64,000 bases of DNA from Octopus vulgaris (taxonomy: Eukaryota). Below the pieces are notes generated by a model. It worked only from the letters and a program-made list of their open reading frames with translations. It was not told the DNA's origin and ran no database searches. Position 1 is the stretch's first letter, and every line of letters starts with the position of its first letter. The position numbers were made by a program, and so were the translations under genes. The stretch is taken from contig OX597826.1 in assembly GCA_951406725.2 (NCBI GenBank), positions 7,068,001 to 7,132,000 on the forward strand, in the 5' to 3' direction. This document shows, one piece after another, positions 27,470 through 40,720 of this stretch.

Positions 27470-27745
27470 TTTTACTTGTTTCAGCTATTAGATAGACTGC
27501 GGCCATGCTGAAGCATCACCTTAAAGAATTTTCAGTGGAATATATCGACCCCAGTACTTATTTTTAATGCCTGGTCCATATTCTATCGGTTCTTATGCCG
27601 AACCGCTAGATTATAGGATGTAAACGCACCAACACCAGTCGTGAAGCGGTTACAGGGCCAAACACAAAGATACACACATCTATATATATATATATATGTG
27701 TGTGCGTGTATGTGTGTGTGTACATACATATACACATACCTATAC

Positions 27746-27780
<35 letters not shown>

Positions 27781-27963
27781 TACATATACTTACATATACG
27801 ACGCGCTTCTTTCAGTTTCCGTCTACCAAACCCACTCCCGGGGCTTTGCTCGAATCTAGTCTATGGTAGAAGATTTTTGCCCAAGTTGTCATGCAGTGGT
27901 ACTGAACCCTGAACCACGCGGTTGGGGAGCAAATTTCTTACCTCACAGCTTCACCTGCGCCTC
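27470..27963 (-). mobile_element. SINE family B, diverged
   Basis: Family head and tail motifs in reverse complement. Confidence 0.75.
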
Positions 27964-28399
27964 CTTTATAAATGTCTTTTGAGTTGGAAGGTTAGATGTT
28001 GTGCAACAGATACATTGGTATAAAAACGTTTCCGGTATTATTTTCTCTATAAATAAAATATCTACCGCTGAATGAGGTGAACTGAACGCAATAAATTCAG
28101 TGATGTAGTGAACATTACTAATAACTGTTGCAAATAATAGTCAACTGGTTCCTTATTTTCATTAAATTCGAAGGAAAGTAACCAAAGCTGAGCTCAGCAG
28201 AATATGAGCTTAGCACGTAAAAAGCAACAAGAACTGCTGACGAAGAATTCTTGTCCAACTCCCTAACGATTCGGCCAGCTTGTCACTTCATCTATCGGTT
28301 TAAATTTCTGCACAAGGTTAACAATTTTAGAGGAGAGGTAAGTCGATTATATCGACCCAGTATTCAACTGGTATATATTTTATTGATCCCAAAAGGAGG

Positions 28400-28710
28400 A
28401 AAATCAAAGAAAAAACGCAATAAAAACAAGAACGCGAGGACGTGATACGTGCAAAGTATTAAAAGACGCTCAGGGAAGGAAAGAAAGGGTGATTTACGTT
28501 TCGAGCAAAGCCCTTCATCAGAAACAAGAGACAGAGGAAAGTCCAAGAGAAAAGGAGGTTGGAGAGAAAAGAATCGCCAACAATCCACATGTTGCTACAT
28601 TTTGGAATGACCGGACGGGGATGAAGAAAAAAAAGTTCTTTCTAAGACAGGAGAGTGTAAGAGAAGGAGGTGTCTGTGTGGATGTGTGGGTATGTGCGCG
28701 TCTATATATA
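28400..28710 (-). mobile_element. Penelope-like 3' end fragment
   Basis: CT-rich run, hammerhead motif, then CCTGAGCG..TAATAC tail shared with 44087-44180. Confidence 0.6.
28491..28525 (-). ncRNA. Minimal type-I hammerhead ribozyme motif with canonical CUGAUGA core
   Basis: Minus strand: GTTT-CTGATGA-A-GGGC-TTT-GCTC-GAAAC-GTA-AATC. Confidence 0.65.
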
Positions 28711-29052
28711 TATATATTTCGTCCGTCTTTATTTTCTGAGTTCAAATTCTGTTGAGGTCGCCTTTGCCTTTCCTCCTTTCGGCTCGACCAGTTGAGCACT
28801 GGGGTCAGTGTAAACGACTTTCGCCTCCTCCAAAATTGGTAGCCAATAATATTGACCATGTGAAAATGTAATATAAATTCTAGATCATCACTACTTGAAC
28901 TCAGAACCAACGAAGACTTATCTTATTCTGCCATCCATATTGATATATGATATGGAAAAAAGGACTTAGTATTATTTTTTGCTTCTGATGCTTGTCATCA
29001 ATCTCATATTTCTTCTAATAAATTTATCATAATTTTTAAACTTATTTATCAA

Positions 29053-29090
<38 letters not shown>

Positions 29091-29091
<1 letters not shown>

Positions 29092-29364
29092 GTCGCGACT
29101 CTTTCCTGTTTGTTTTACTTTGTGTTAACTATCCCCAAAATCTGTTTCCCATACTATATAATTTATCAAGATAAGAGAATCAAAGATTTATTACTCAGCC
29201 ACTTCCGGCGTACCCTCGCTGCTCACTCTTTATTAACCACAGATGCACGGTGCACTTTAGTAGACAGACACATGCACTCTTAATATCTTACTTATAAACA
29301 TAACATATCTAATCTAATCTCCATACAAAAGTTTTCCCTTTTTTCATGATTATTTGCGGCGACA
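29091..29364 (-). mobile_element. Possible short solo LTR
   Basis: TGTCGC...GCGACA termini; TATAA then AATAAA on the minus strand; no TSD seen. Confidence 0.35.
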
Positions 29365-29946
29365 TGGTATCTGAAAATTTGTTAAAAACGTAGCAACATC
29401 TACTTTTTCTCTACAAATCCGTATCATATACTTCAGCCGTCATTATTTAATTACACTGAATTTATCTTTATTATCCTTAATATATATCTCTGTAAAGTTC
29501 GTAATTTAGATTTCTGCTTATATACCTTAAAGTGTGTAACTGCTACACATAACCAATCTCACAGTCCACTCCCGGAAAAAAATGTGAAGAGATCTGCAAA
29601 TCCTAATGGTACTGTTTTGTCCTTTATATAAATATCCATTTTCAAAAAGTTTTACGGAGTAATTTTCCACATACGTTGTAACCTGTATGCATAAATATAT
29701 ATATATATATGTATTGGGCTCTCCGGAAAGTTCATGTCGATTTATAGTAGCTTACCTTACGCCTTACCCTCACAGGCACCTCAATTCTGGGGAGAGGGTA
29801 TTTTCAAGTTAAAGGAAAGAGGGAGACACATTGTGCAACAAAATGGTTCATGTTTGGTTAATTAAAAATGTAATGTCAAGTGTTTATTAACCTTTTTCTT
29901 TCCTTTAATTGTTAATAATTAATTTGTAGTAGCATATATATGCATT

Positions 29947-30435
29947 TTTTTAATTTATACGCCCTTTTCAAGCCTAGCCAGGCTCATGGGGCCGGTTTCC
30001 CGGTTTCTGTGGCGTATGTGTTCCCCCCAGCTGGACGGCACGTCAGTCCATCGCAGCGTTACTCAAGAAAAGTGTGGGAGAAAGTTGGAAGGAAAGAGTA
30101 CAACAGGGGTCCCCTCCACCCCCTGCAGGACTTCGTGGAGCTTTTAGGTGTTTTCAGGCTCATGGGGCCGGTTTCCCGGTTTCTGTGGCGTATGTGTTCC
30201 CCCCAGCTGGACGGAACGCCAGTCCATCGCAGCGTTACTCAATAAACAGGAAGAAAGAGTGAGAGAAAGTTGGGGTGAAATAGTACAACAGGGGTCGCCA
30301 CCACCCCCTGCAGGAGCCTCGTAGAGCTTTTAGGTTTTCGCTCAATAAACACACACAACTCCCGGTCTGGGAATCTAAACCGCGATCCTGCGACCGCGAG
30401 TCCGCTGCCCTAACCACCGAGCCATTGCACCTCCA
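29947..30435 (-). mobile_element. SINE family A with duplicated 3' body
   Basis: CAGGCTCATGGGGCCGGTTTCC... occurs at ~29979 and ~30155; TSD CATATAT(A/G)TGCATT. Confidence 0.85.
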
Positions 30436-32128
30436 CATATATGTGCATTAGAATTACAATATTTGAATGCGAGTGTATCACCTGATAACTCTGGTTTCCA
30501 CAAATTACAAGGATGCTTTATTTATGGATGTTTTACTTCCCAACTCACGAGATTCTACTCCTATTTCAAACAGTTTTAAGAATTAATAGATTTCAAGCTT
30601 AAAAGATAAACTGTTATTTTTAATAATTGTTTCGATTAAAACATATCTGTTTTCACATACACATTATCATGCGTACATTTTTTAGTAAGCTTGAATTAAT
30701 GATACGTCATTTACAGACACATTTACGAAATATGCTATAAATATTGAACGTGGATTTATATAGCAATGTGATGTGCATTAGACATTGAAATACTATAACT
30801 GTACTGAAGAACAACTCAATTACTTATACGAGGTCGCCCGTCGCCAGCTGTCCGTCACAGGTCGATGTTGACTGCTTTTTCAGAAGGCTCTGAACAAAAC
30901 ACCTTTGGACGGTGTAGGGCAGTTAGCATCGTTCCTGAAGCAGACTCACTCTCTAGGCTTCTACGCCAAATGCCAGGTGGTATACAAGAGTGCAACAAGC
31001 ATGGTCGACGATGGCCATGCCCTACAGTAGCAGATAATTTGCTAGTTGGTGCCCAGCCGTTGTCTGATGGTACAGATCTTCCCCTTGGCCGCAGTAACCA
31101 TCAAGCCGTTGGTTTAGAAATTCCACCGCCTGGTCGGTTACCCAACGTCCTACTGCCGATGTCTTCAGCGTATCCCTGGCAAGGGAGCCTAAGGGGTGAC
31201 TAGCGCTTGGCCAAGGAGCCACTCCAGTCTACTGACGGAAGGGGCGATTTACTCGCCCATTTATAAGTCTGCCTCTGATGTGGGCGCCGTACCATACCGT
31301 AATTACTTATATAAATGATGAACCTCATATGCTCTCATTATCAAGAAATATTTCGGCCTCTTATGGCTACATATCACTTTGGGTAACGCGAAGAATCTTA
31401 GACGTTGATATGCTAGTGTCGTTAAGATGCTTGCTTTGCAACCACGAGGTTTCAGGTTCACTCCCACACCAGGAAAGCATTCGGCAAGTATTTTTCTTCT
31501 ACTATAGCTACGGGCCGACCAATGCTTTGTGACAGTATCTGGTCGACGGAAACTGTCTGAAAGCTCGTCGTATACAATGCCTGCCGTCCAATAACTGATA
31601 GAAGTAACAGATAAAAGATAAGCGTGTATGGGGATGGGTATGCGTACACACACACATAATTACGTATGTACACCTACCTAAATGCACTCATATTTATATA
31701 ATACATAAGTACTTAAAGGGTTGCACAAAAGTCACGTTCTATATACAAACATGGAATGTTTTTTTTTAAATAAAATGGTAAAAGTATTGTTCCAGTAGGA
31801 ATATTTACTTTGGGCACTGGAGGTTGTTTTGAATTAGCTGAAGAATATCACATCACGAAAATAAATTCCATTTTCACGCTCGTAATTTCAAAAATTTTTC
31901 CTAGACTGGCTTCCATGACAACTCCTAATGTATATTAGTCTTGAGCTGGTGCATCATTATTTCTCTGTTACTGGATTGCTGGAAGTTTGTTCATACAAAT
32001 ACTTCAGGATTAAAAACAAAACGCAATTTGTATTTTAAAAGTGGGAATGAACTTTTAACACACCCCGTGTAGGGGCCTGCCTGTCTGTTTGTCTGTCTGT
32101 ATGTATGTATGGGTATAAATGTACGTAT

Positions 32129-32185
<57 letters not shown>

Positions 32186-32191
32186 CATATG

Positions 32192-33083
32192 CGAGATCTG
32201 ATCAATAAGTAGCCGGATTGTGGCCTTAGTATCTTAGTAACGAAGATAACACACGTGGAGTGAAGCCGCTTGGTGCAGATTGACCTTGAACTCTGCTCTG
32301 CATGTACGCTAAGTTTTAACCTTCTAGTTCACATAGGCTAATTACAGAAGTGCTTGGAAGGAAGGTGTGTAGCGTGTGATCGTCGCATTGGCCATGACAG
32401 AGAAAATTGTCATGGCGATACCCGCTCAGAAGCTTATGCAAAGCTGCAGAAATTGTATGGGGAGGACCGTATGAGCTGCACACAAGTGTACGAGTAGATC
32501 AGATATTTCTATGATGGAAGAAAAAGATGTCGATATTGACGAACGTTCTGAGAGACCCGCAACCAGCAGGACTGAGAAAAAGCTCACAGATGTGCGTGCA
32601 CCTGTGAGGGGAAATCGTCGAATCACCATCTGTGAGTTATGAGAGAATGTACAAACTAGATACAGTTCAGGTCAGTCCATTATCATTGAAGATTTGGGTG
32701 TGAGACACGTGACTACCAAATTTGTGCCAAAACTGTTTTCAGCTGCCCAAATAAATACTTGGGTTTCAGTTGTACAAAATCTCCTTGACTTTGTTGAGAA
32801 CGATGAAGGATTTTTGAAAACTTTGCGTGGGCCTCTGAGCAGGTATCGCCAAGCTTTTGGCAAAATTTCATGCAGATTCTCTGCTCAACTTTCCCCGTCA
32901 TGTTCAATGCGACGATTACACACTTCCAAGCACTGCTACATACAGCGGAAGTAAGCTAGAAGCTTAAAACTTAGTGCGCATGCACAGCAGAGTTCAGGGC
33001 TACTCTGTACCAAATGGCTTTTCTCTGCGTGCTTTAGCCTCGTTACTATAGCAACAGTCCTGATACTCATTGATCCGACCACA
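32192..33083. mobile_element. Mariner deletion derivative built from two inverted 5' ends
   Basis: Plus: N-terminal transposase relic (SEAYAKLQKLYG..., DERSERPATS, LGVRHVTTKFVPKL); minus 32820-32903: MTGKVEQRICMKFCQKLGDTCSEAHAK; terminal CGAGATCTGATCAATAAGTA / TACTCATTGATCCGACC. Confidence 0.85.
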
Positions 33084-33151
33084 TATATACGTAATTTATA
33101 TATGTGACTGTATGTGCATATATGTGTTTATAGATGTGTATATATGTCTAT

Positions 33152-33204
<53 letters not shown>

Positions 33205-33218
33205 ATACATATATATCG

Positions 33219-33265
<47 letters not shown>

Positions 33266-33273
33266 GTACATGT

Positions 33274-33652
33274 TGTTGTTGCTGTTGAGCAAACGGTCTT
33301 CGTCCCAGAGCTCGCAAGATGGAAGAAGTCCGAAACGTGGTCCTTTGCTATTCGTAAGACCCGCAGAAGAGAAAGCAGGTCAACCCCCGACACCGAGAGC
33401 ATCGACGGATGGATGAATGCGCATCCAGGCTCAGCGGTTGCGTAGGAAGTCGGGGACAAGAAACAAGAAGAAACAGTGAGAGAAAGTTGGGGCGAAAGAG
33501 TGCAACAGGGGTCACCACCGCCCTCTGGCGGAGCCTCGTGGAGCTTTAGGTGTTTTCGCTCAATAAGCACACACAACGCCCGGTCTGGGAATCGAAACCA
33601 CGATCCTCCGACCGTGAGTCCGCTGCCCTAACCATTGAGCCATTGCACCTCC
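33274..33652 (-). mobile_element. SINE family A, variant 3' body with (CAA)n tail
   Basis: Same head as 8187; different tail; TSD TGTGTACATGT. Confidence 0.85.
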
Positions 33653-33720
33653 TTGTGTACATGTGTTTATATATGTACATATCTATCTCTCTATATAATG
33701 TATGTAAATATACATGTATG

Positions 33721-33781
<61 letters not shown>

Positions 33782-34366
33782 TTGTGTGTGTGTGTTATGT
33801 ATATGTGTGTGTGTATGAGTATTAGGAAAAACTATATTACAATACATTTCAACACATCAGGTCGAGAGGACAAACGTGGGAAAAAACAAAACTAAACAAA
33901 ACAAAAGAAAATAAAACAGTATTCAGGCTTAACTGAGACATAAAAATCTATATGTAAAATATCGAAGATATTTTAAAATGTGTCAAAATTTAGCGAACTA
34001 AATTGAATTGTGATATCCGAAAAATTATACATATAATCTAAAAAGTAAATTACAAAAAATTATTATATAAAAAATGTTATAACCTACATTTTTTTTTGTC
34101 TGTGGAGTAAAAAAAAACACATTATATTGTTGTTTTGTTATACCATGGTGACGACGAAATACTTTCAATCATGTCACGCCTATTGTGCTTGGAGTTACTA
34201 GTTGTTTTCCTATTCTATAACTGTTTTATAGATATGGGTGTATATGTGTGAGTATATATATATATACGTATGCATATGCGCATGCCTGTATGGGGTGTGT
34301 GAGTGTGGCTGGGTGTGTGTAGCGAAAGCGCGTGGCTTTGTGGCTCGGGTCTTCCGCTCGTGGAAA

Positions 34367-34821
34367 GGTGGCGAGCAGGCAGACACGTTAGCACTCCGGG
34401 CGAAATGCGTAGCCGTATTTCGTCTGCTGTTACGTTCTGAGTTCAAATTCCGCCGAGGTCGACTTTGCCTTCCATCCTTTCGGGATCGATAAATTAAATA
34501 CCAGTTACGCACTGGGGTAGATATAATCGACTTAATCCGTTTGTCTGTCCTTGTTTGTCCTCTCTGTGTTTAGCCCCTTGTGGGTAGTAAAGAAATAGGT
34601 ATTTCGTCTGTCGTTACATTCTGAGTTCAAATTCCGCCGAGGTCGACTTTGCCTTTCATCCTTTCGGGATCGATAGATTAAATACCAGTTACGCACTGGG
34701 GTCGATGTAATCGACTTAATCCCTTTGTCTGTCCTTGTTTGTCCCCTCTGAGTTTAGACCCTTGTGGGTAGTAAAAAATAGGTATTTCGTCTGCCGTTAC
34801 GTGTGGGTAGTAAAGAAATAA
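34367..34821 (+). mobile_element. SINE family C dimer plus partial third unit
   Basis: Junctions AAATAGGTATTTCGTCTG; imperfect TSD GTCTTCCGCTCGTGG (34349-34363) / GTATTCGGCTCGTGG (34822-34836). Confidence 0.9.
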
Positions 34822-35188
34822 GTATTCGGCTCGTGGTCTTAAGGCCATGAGTTTTGATTCCAAGGGGCTTCAATCCCCGGACGTACGTTTTGCTCCTTTA
34901 ACAAGACGTTTTGTTTCTCGTCGTTGAAGTACACACAGCTACCAAAAATAAGATGCAGCTGTAATAGGGACGCGGTCAATCTCTCTGACAACGAAGTTCA
35001 GGGCACGAGTGTTTGTGGAGTACTCAGCCAGTGGTACGTCCGTTTCACAAGCCTGCTGTTCGGTGCACAAGAACCGGCTTTAAGGCAAATTAGTAATGGA
35101 CTCAATTTATTTGATTAAACGCCTCAGGGTGTTGCCCCAGCATGGACGCAGTACAATGACTGAAACATGTAAATATTTTTTTGTTTGT

Positions 35189-35219
<31 letters not shown>

Positions 35220-35785
35220 CTTTTCAAAATGACATTTCAGTGAGTTTAGCACGCATTATCCTCATCATCACCATCATCATCGTCATCATTGTCGTCATCG
35301 TCATCATCATCATTATCATCACCGTCGTCCTCATTTTGCTCCCGGTCTCCAAGCTGGTGCGTCGGAAGGTCCGGCATGATGCGTTCGAACCCTTTCTAGC
35401 ATCAGCCATGATAATCTTGTCGTTTCTTTGTGTTAGAGCGAATATCGTATCTGGAACGAGCTTATTGACTTTCTGTTTCAGAAAGATTTGGCTTGCGATT
35501 ATTATCTATTTGAGATATTGCATAGAATCTTCTTCGGCTGGACATTGTTATTACAAGATTTCAATATTTTAAATAAAACTATATCTTATATATATTTTGA
35601 CGAAGATTAACAATAAATTGCACAATTCATACCACAAGAAAGAAATACCTGGCGGAATGACGACTATTTCACAAGGAAAACTTGTATGCACATCCTAAAC
35701 ACCTTCAAAAGCTGGATAAACCTCTGTCTGATGAGTCCGCAGGCCCGAGACAAATATGTATTTATGGAGCATGTATACGGAATTA

Positions 35786-36278
35786 AGTGGTTAGGGCAGC
35801 GGACTCACGGTCGTAGGATCGCGGTTTCGATTCCCAGACCGGGAATTGTGAGTGTTTATTGAGCGAAAACACTTAAAGCTCCACGATGCTCCGGCAGGGG
35901 TGGTGGTGAACCCTGCTGTACTCTTTCACCACAACTTTCTCTCACTCTTTCTTCCTGTTTCTGTTGTGCCTGTATTTCAAAGGGCCGGCCTTGTCACTCT
36001 CTGTGTCACGCTGAATCTCCCTGAGAACTACGTTAAGTGTACACGTGTCTGTGGAGTGCTCAGCCACTTACACGTTAATAAATGAGCTGCGACATCACTG
36101 GTGCCAAGCAGTATCAGCCTTTGCCTTTCCCTTGGATAACATGGACGGCGTGGAGAGGGGAGGCTGGTATGCATGGGCGACTGCTGGTCTTCCATAAACA
36201 ACCTTGCCCAGACTTGTACCTCGGAGGGTAACTTTCTAGGTGCAATTCCATGGTCAGTCATGACCGAAGGAGGTCACA
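35786..36278 (+). mobile_element. SINE family A, third 3' body variant
   Basis: Same head, distinct longer tail; TSD ATACGGAATTA (35775-35785, 36279-36289). Confidence 0.85.
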
Positions 36279-37054
36279 ATACGGAATTACGGTCGAGTTG
36301 TTAAGAAGTTTCGCTTGCATTCCTGAATTTTTCAATTCGATAAATTAATGTGATCACTTGCACATACGTATTTTGACATAACACTGTCGGTGAATGAGAT
36401 TGTTAAAAGCAAAGTGTGTGTAATAGATTGTAACTTTAAATCAAAAGCTTAGCCTTGCTACCATTTGTATCACGCTGATTCATTCTGATAGTTACGTCAA
36501 GGCTTGATATATTTTCGAAACAGTCAACCACACCAACAATAATTTAATGAGGGTTACTATTCAGCTGACGGAGCAACGAAACCCTTATCGCCGAATATGA
36601 CACAGTATCCATCCGCTTACTTGATAAATTCTCAATACGGTCGTTCGATATGCTAAACGTTTAGAACAAAATTTCCTTCAGATTTTCCCTTGTTGTTCTG
36701 TTCCGATACAAGTCGACCTTGGGCTATATAATAAGGCAACAACGACGACGATGACGACGACAACGCGAAAGCAAATTGGCGTAAATTATGGACGATCCTG
36801 ATAACATAGCCATTACAACCGAACAATTTAGGGACATACACACACAAACACATTCACATACACACACATAAAGACACACACACACGCACACGCGTCCACA
36901 CATATTCGGGCACACACACTCACACACTCACACATATATAATCACGTTTGTATGTGTATCTACATATACATAGATATCTACACATACATACATAGACAGA
37001 TAGAATTGTACATTGTATATATAATATATACATTATATATACATTAATATGGAC

Positions 37055-37085
<31 letters not shown>

Positions 37086-37379
37086 CACATATACATTATA
37101 TATAAACATATATAAATATATACCCATATATAGTATATATACATGTATGTATATATACCCATATATATATGTATATATATACACAACCATATTTATATAT
37201 ATATACGCACACACGAAACAAACACACACATCACACTTATACACTTTTATACATTATTATTACACTTCTGACATTTCAGACACAAGACCTTTCTCTTATT
37301 TTTTGGTTTATATTTTTTTTCATGATAGTATTATTTCTTCATTGATTCATACACATACACAAGCACACACACACACACA

Positions 37380-37451
37380 CACATATGCACATATACACAC
37401 ATTCTCATATAGATATATATATATATGTGTGTATCTGCGCGTTTGTATATG

Positions 37452-37485
<34 letters not shown>

Positions 37486-37504
37486 TACAAACACACACAC
37501 ACTC

Positions 37505-37535
<31 letters not shown>

Positions 37536-37665
37536 CACACAGACAAACACACACACTCATATATATATGTATATACACACACATACATATATATATATAC
37601 ACACACGCAGACTCGTATATATATATATATATGTATATACACACAGACAAACACACACACACACT

Positions 37666-37699
<34 letters not shown>

Positions 37700-37754
37700 C
37701 ACACACATACATATATATATATACATACACACACATATATATATGTATATATAT

Positions 37755-37790
<36 letters not shown>

Positions 37791-37908
37791 TTAATGTATA
37801 CCCCCTTGTGGGTAGTAAAGAAATATATACATATATATATATACATACACACACACACACTCATATATATATATGTATATACACACACAGACAAACACAC
37901 ACACGCTC

Positions 37909-37967
<59 letters not shown>

Positions 37968-38000
37968 CATACACACACACTCATATATATATATATGTCA
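37380..38000. repeat. Higher-order (TA)/(CA) compound minisatellite containing a SINE C tail scrap (37801-37825)
   Basis: Recurrent ATATGTATATACACACAGACAAACACACACAC units; CCCCTTGTGGGTAGTAAAGAAATA insert. Confidence 0.8.
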
Positions 38001-38682
38001 TAATCCTCTATGTTTTTTTTGTTGTTGTTTGTCTTTCGTCTTTTGTCTTTCGTTACACAGGCCTTGCATCCCTGCCAACAGACTTATCTGTTAACAACTG
38101 TTAGGTTAACAAGCCTGACTTAAGATCAGGCTCCGTCGAACACTTCAGTTGATTGTAAAGCTATTACTTTCACAGTTTGACATGTCAGCACTTCATTAGA
38201 TTCTCCTCATACATGTTGTTATTGTTTCTTTTTTTCTTGTTCTTCTATGCTTGTATTCATGATTTTGTTCTTGCTGTCGTTGTCGATGTTGTTGATGTTG
38301 TTGTTGTTGGTGGTGGTGGTAGTGGTAGTGGTGTTCGAGATTTTTCTTGTTTTTTTTTTGTGTTGTTTGTTCGTAGTTGGTTCGTATTGGTACATTTTTT
38401 TCATCTTATTCTTATTCTTTTGATTTTATTTCCTCACCATATTTTTTTGTCTTTTTTTTTATTTTTCTTTACGTTGTCATTTATCTTGAGTTGTTGATAT
38501 TGATGTTGTAGATGGCGTTGTTATTTAGCCCTTAGTCGGTCCTGTGTCAACAGAATTATGCTCCTAAATAATCCAGCCATGCCGATCCCATCTATAATTG
38601 CAGACATTGCCTCATTGCACCTTCATCAGTTGCTATATTGTAGATAAATAGAAGATTTGAGGAGAATTATGGTATTTCTTAG

Positions 38683-39100
38683 TTCTTTATTGCCAACAAG
38701 GGGCTAAACATAGAGAGGACACACAAGGACAGACAAACGGATTAGGTCGATTATATCTACCCCATTGCGTAACTGGTACTTATTTAATCGACCCCGAAAG
38801 GATGAAAAGCAAAGTCGACCTCGGCGGAATTTGAACTCAGAACGTAACGGCAGACGAAATACCTATTTCTTTACTAACCACAAGGGGCTAAACACAGAGT
38901 GGAGAAACAAGGACAGACAAACGGATTAAGTCGATTACATCGACCCCCACTGCGTAACTGGTACTTAATATATCGACCCCGAAAGGATGAAAGGCTAAGT
39001 TCACCTCAGCGGAATTTGAACTCAGAAGGTAAAGACCGACGAAATACCTACCGCTAGGCATTTCACCCGGCGTGCTAACGTTTCTGCCAGCTCACCGCCG
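38683..39100 (-). mobile_element. SINE family C dimer
   Basis: Two units joined at GCAGACGAAATACCTATTTC, single head. Confidence 0.9.
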
Positions 39101-39400
39101 TTTGCTATTTCTAGTAAATAGAACCAACACTTAGAGAGTAAGGGAGCGAGAGATAGAGAGAGAGAAATGCCGGCTCATGTTGTTGTTGACGGTGATACTG
39201 TTGGTGGTGGTGGTGGTGGTGGTGGGGTGTCATTGTCGTCGTAGTGCAGCGGTGGTGACGTTTCTACGGTTTAGGCTATTTGTAGATGTTAGTTCTGTAC
39301 TGATGTCGAATTTATATTCCTCTTAGCGGTTCTTTTATTACAATAAATGGTTGTTGTTCTTGTTGCTGTCGAAACTACTGTTACGTTTTACAGTACTAAG

Positions 39401-39765
39401 TATTGGATCATCCCATAAATAATACCAATTATTTTCTTTACTTCTTTTATTTTTCAAAACTATGCAAGATGCAACAAAAATTTTTGGACAATAAAAATAA
39501 GAGAAAAGTGGAAATTTTACCGGTGAGTGTGTTACATAATAAGGCACAAAAAGAAAATGACTCTCCCCAGACACAACAGAATATGCTTCAACACACGAAC
39601 CCATATAAAGAATCTTCCAAACCAAATCCCAAAACGAAGGTAAACGATGTTCTTTTTTTAATCTAAAATATGCTATCCTTCATTTTCATACTATCCTCTA
39701 TCTATCTGGTAGACTTCCAAGGTACCTCTTCTAATATTCACTTGTCCCTGACGAAAAATACTCCA
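39401..39765. mobile_element. Mariner TIR/3'-end remnant with an inserted ~130-bp repeat
   Basis: TATTGGATCATCCCATAAATAAT is TIR-like; 39700-39765 resembles 40095-40160; 39512-39635 is repeated at 41264-41391. Confidence 0.5.
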
Positions 39766-39922
39766 AAATATAAGAATTTGGTCTCTGTTTTCATGTGGAT
39801 GTCATCAGTTCTCCAAAGAATAGCTGCTGCTAACTTGGACTGGAAAGGATTCCATAATTTCTATTCACTTTTTGTTATGATTATATGTATATAAATATTT
39901 AAGTATATATATACATATATCT

Positions 39923-39969
<47 letters not shown>

Positions 39970-40074
39970 TATATGCGCACACATTTACATATATATCAGA
40001 TGTATATATATATGTATATATATATATATAAATATATATGTGTATATATATAATTTTATATATACACACACATA

Positions 40075-40720
40075 CATTTTCTACAATGATCTTCCATCTA
40101 TATGGCAGACTTGCAAGCCTCCTCTTCCAAAATTCACTTGTCCGTGACGAAAAATACTCCTCGTCTACATAATTCATATTTTTTCCGTCCAAATGATTTT
40201 GAAGGCTATGGAATAAATGATAATCAGATGGGGCAATGTCCGGCGAACATGGTGAGTAGGGCATCGTTTCCCACTCAAACTGCTCCGGCCTTTGGAATGT
40301 CATCCTTGCTGTATGTGGTTGAGCATTATCTTGGTGGAAGAACACCTTTCGTCCTGAAACCGAAGATGATGGTTTTTCTTCTAGCGCTGGCTTGAATGAC
40401 TGGTCGAATGACAAATTTCAAGCTTCTCTGCTGGTTCCTCAACAATTACGATGGGATTTTGTTCCACCAAGGTTTGCAGGACGTCCTCGTCGAGCTCTGA
40501 GCATCTTTCTGGACGAGGCTCGTCTTCTAGGCTGTGGTTTCCGGATAGGAATTTCTGGAGCCACCGTTGACACTGGCTTACACATTTTGCCCGATCCCCA
40601 TATACTGCATTAATATTCCTCGCACTATCCGTTGCATTGTTGCATTTATTGAACACATAGTGACCTTTATTCTCGGAAGTCACCTCACACGGTACCCACT
40701 TTCCATCTCTATACACGTTC
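40075..40720 (-). pseudogene. Internally deleted mariner (DD34D) transposase
   Basis: HTH region (NNATDSARNINAVYG, CQRWLQKF.SG..SLEDEPR) and catalytic C-terminus ([28 protein letters not shown]). Confidence 0.9.

Noticed and set aside
29365-29374. TGGTATC primer-binding site after an LTR-like CA
   Set aside because: Only 7 nt match, no internal gag/pol follows, and TATA/polyA orientation points the other way
35728-35751. Hammerhead CTGATGAGTCCGCAGGCCCGAGAC
   Set aside because: Stem II mismatched, GAAA altered to GAGA, no stem I or III partners; at best a dead relic
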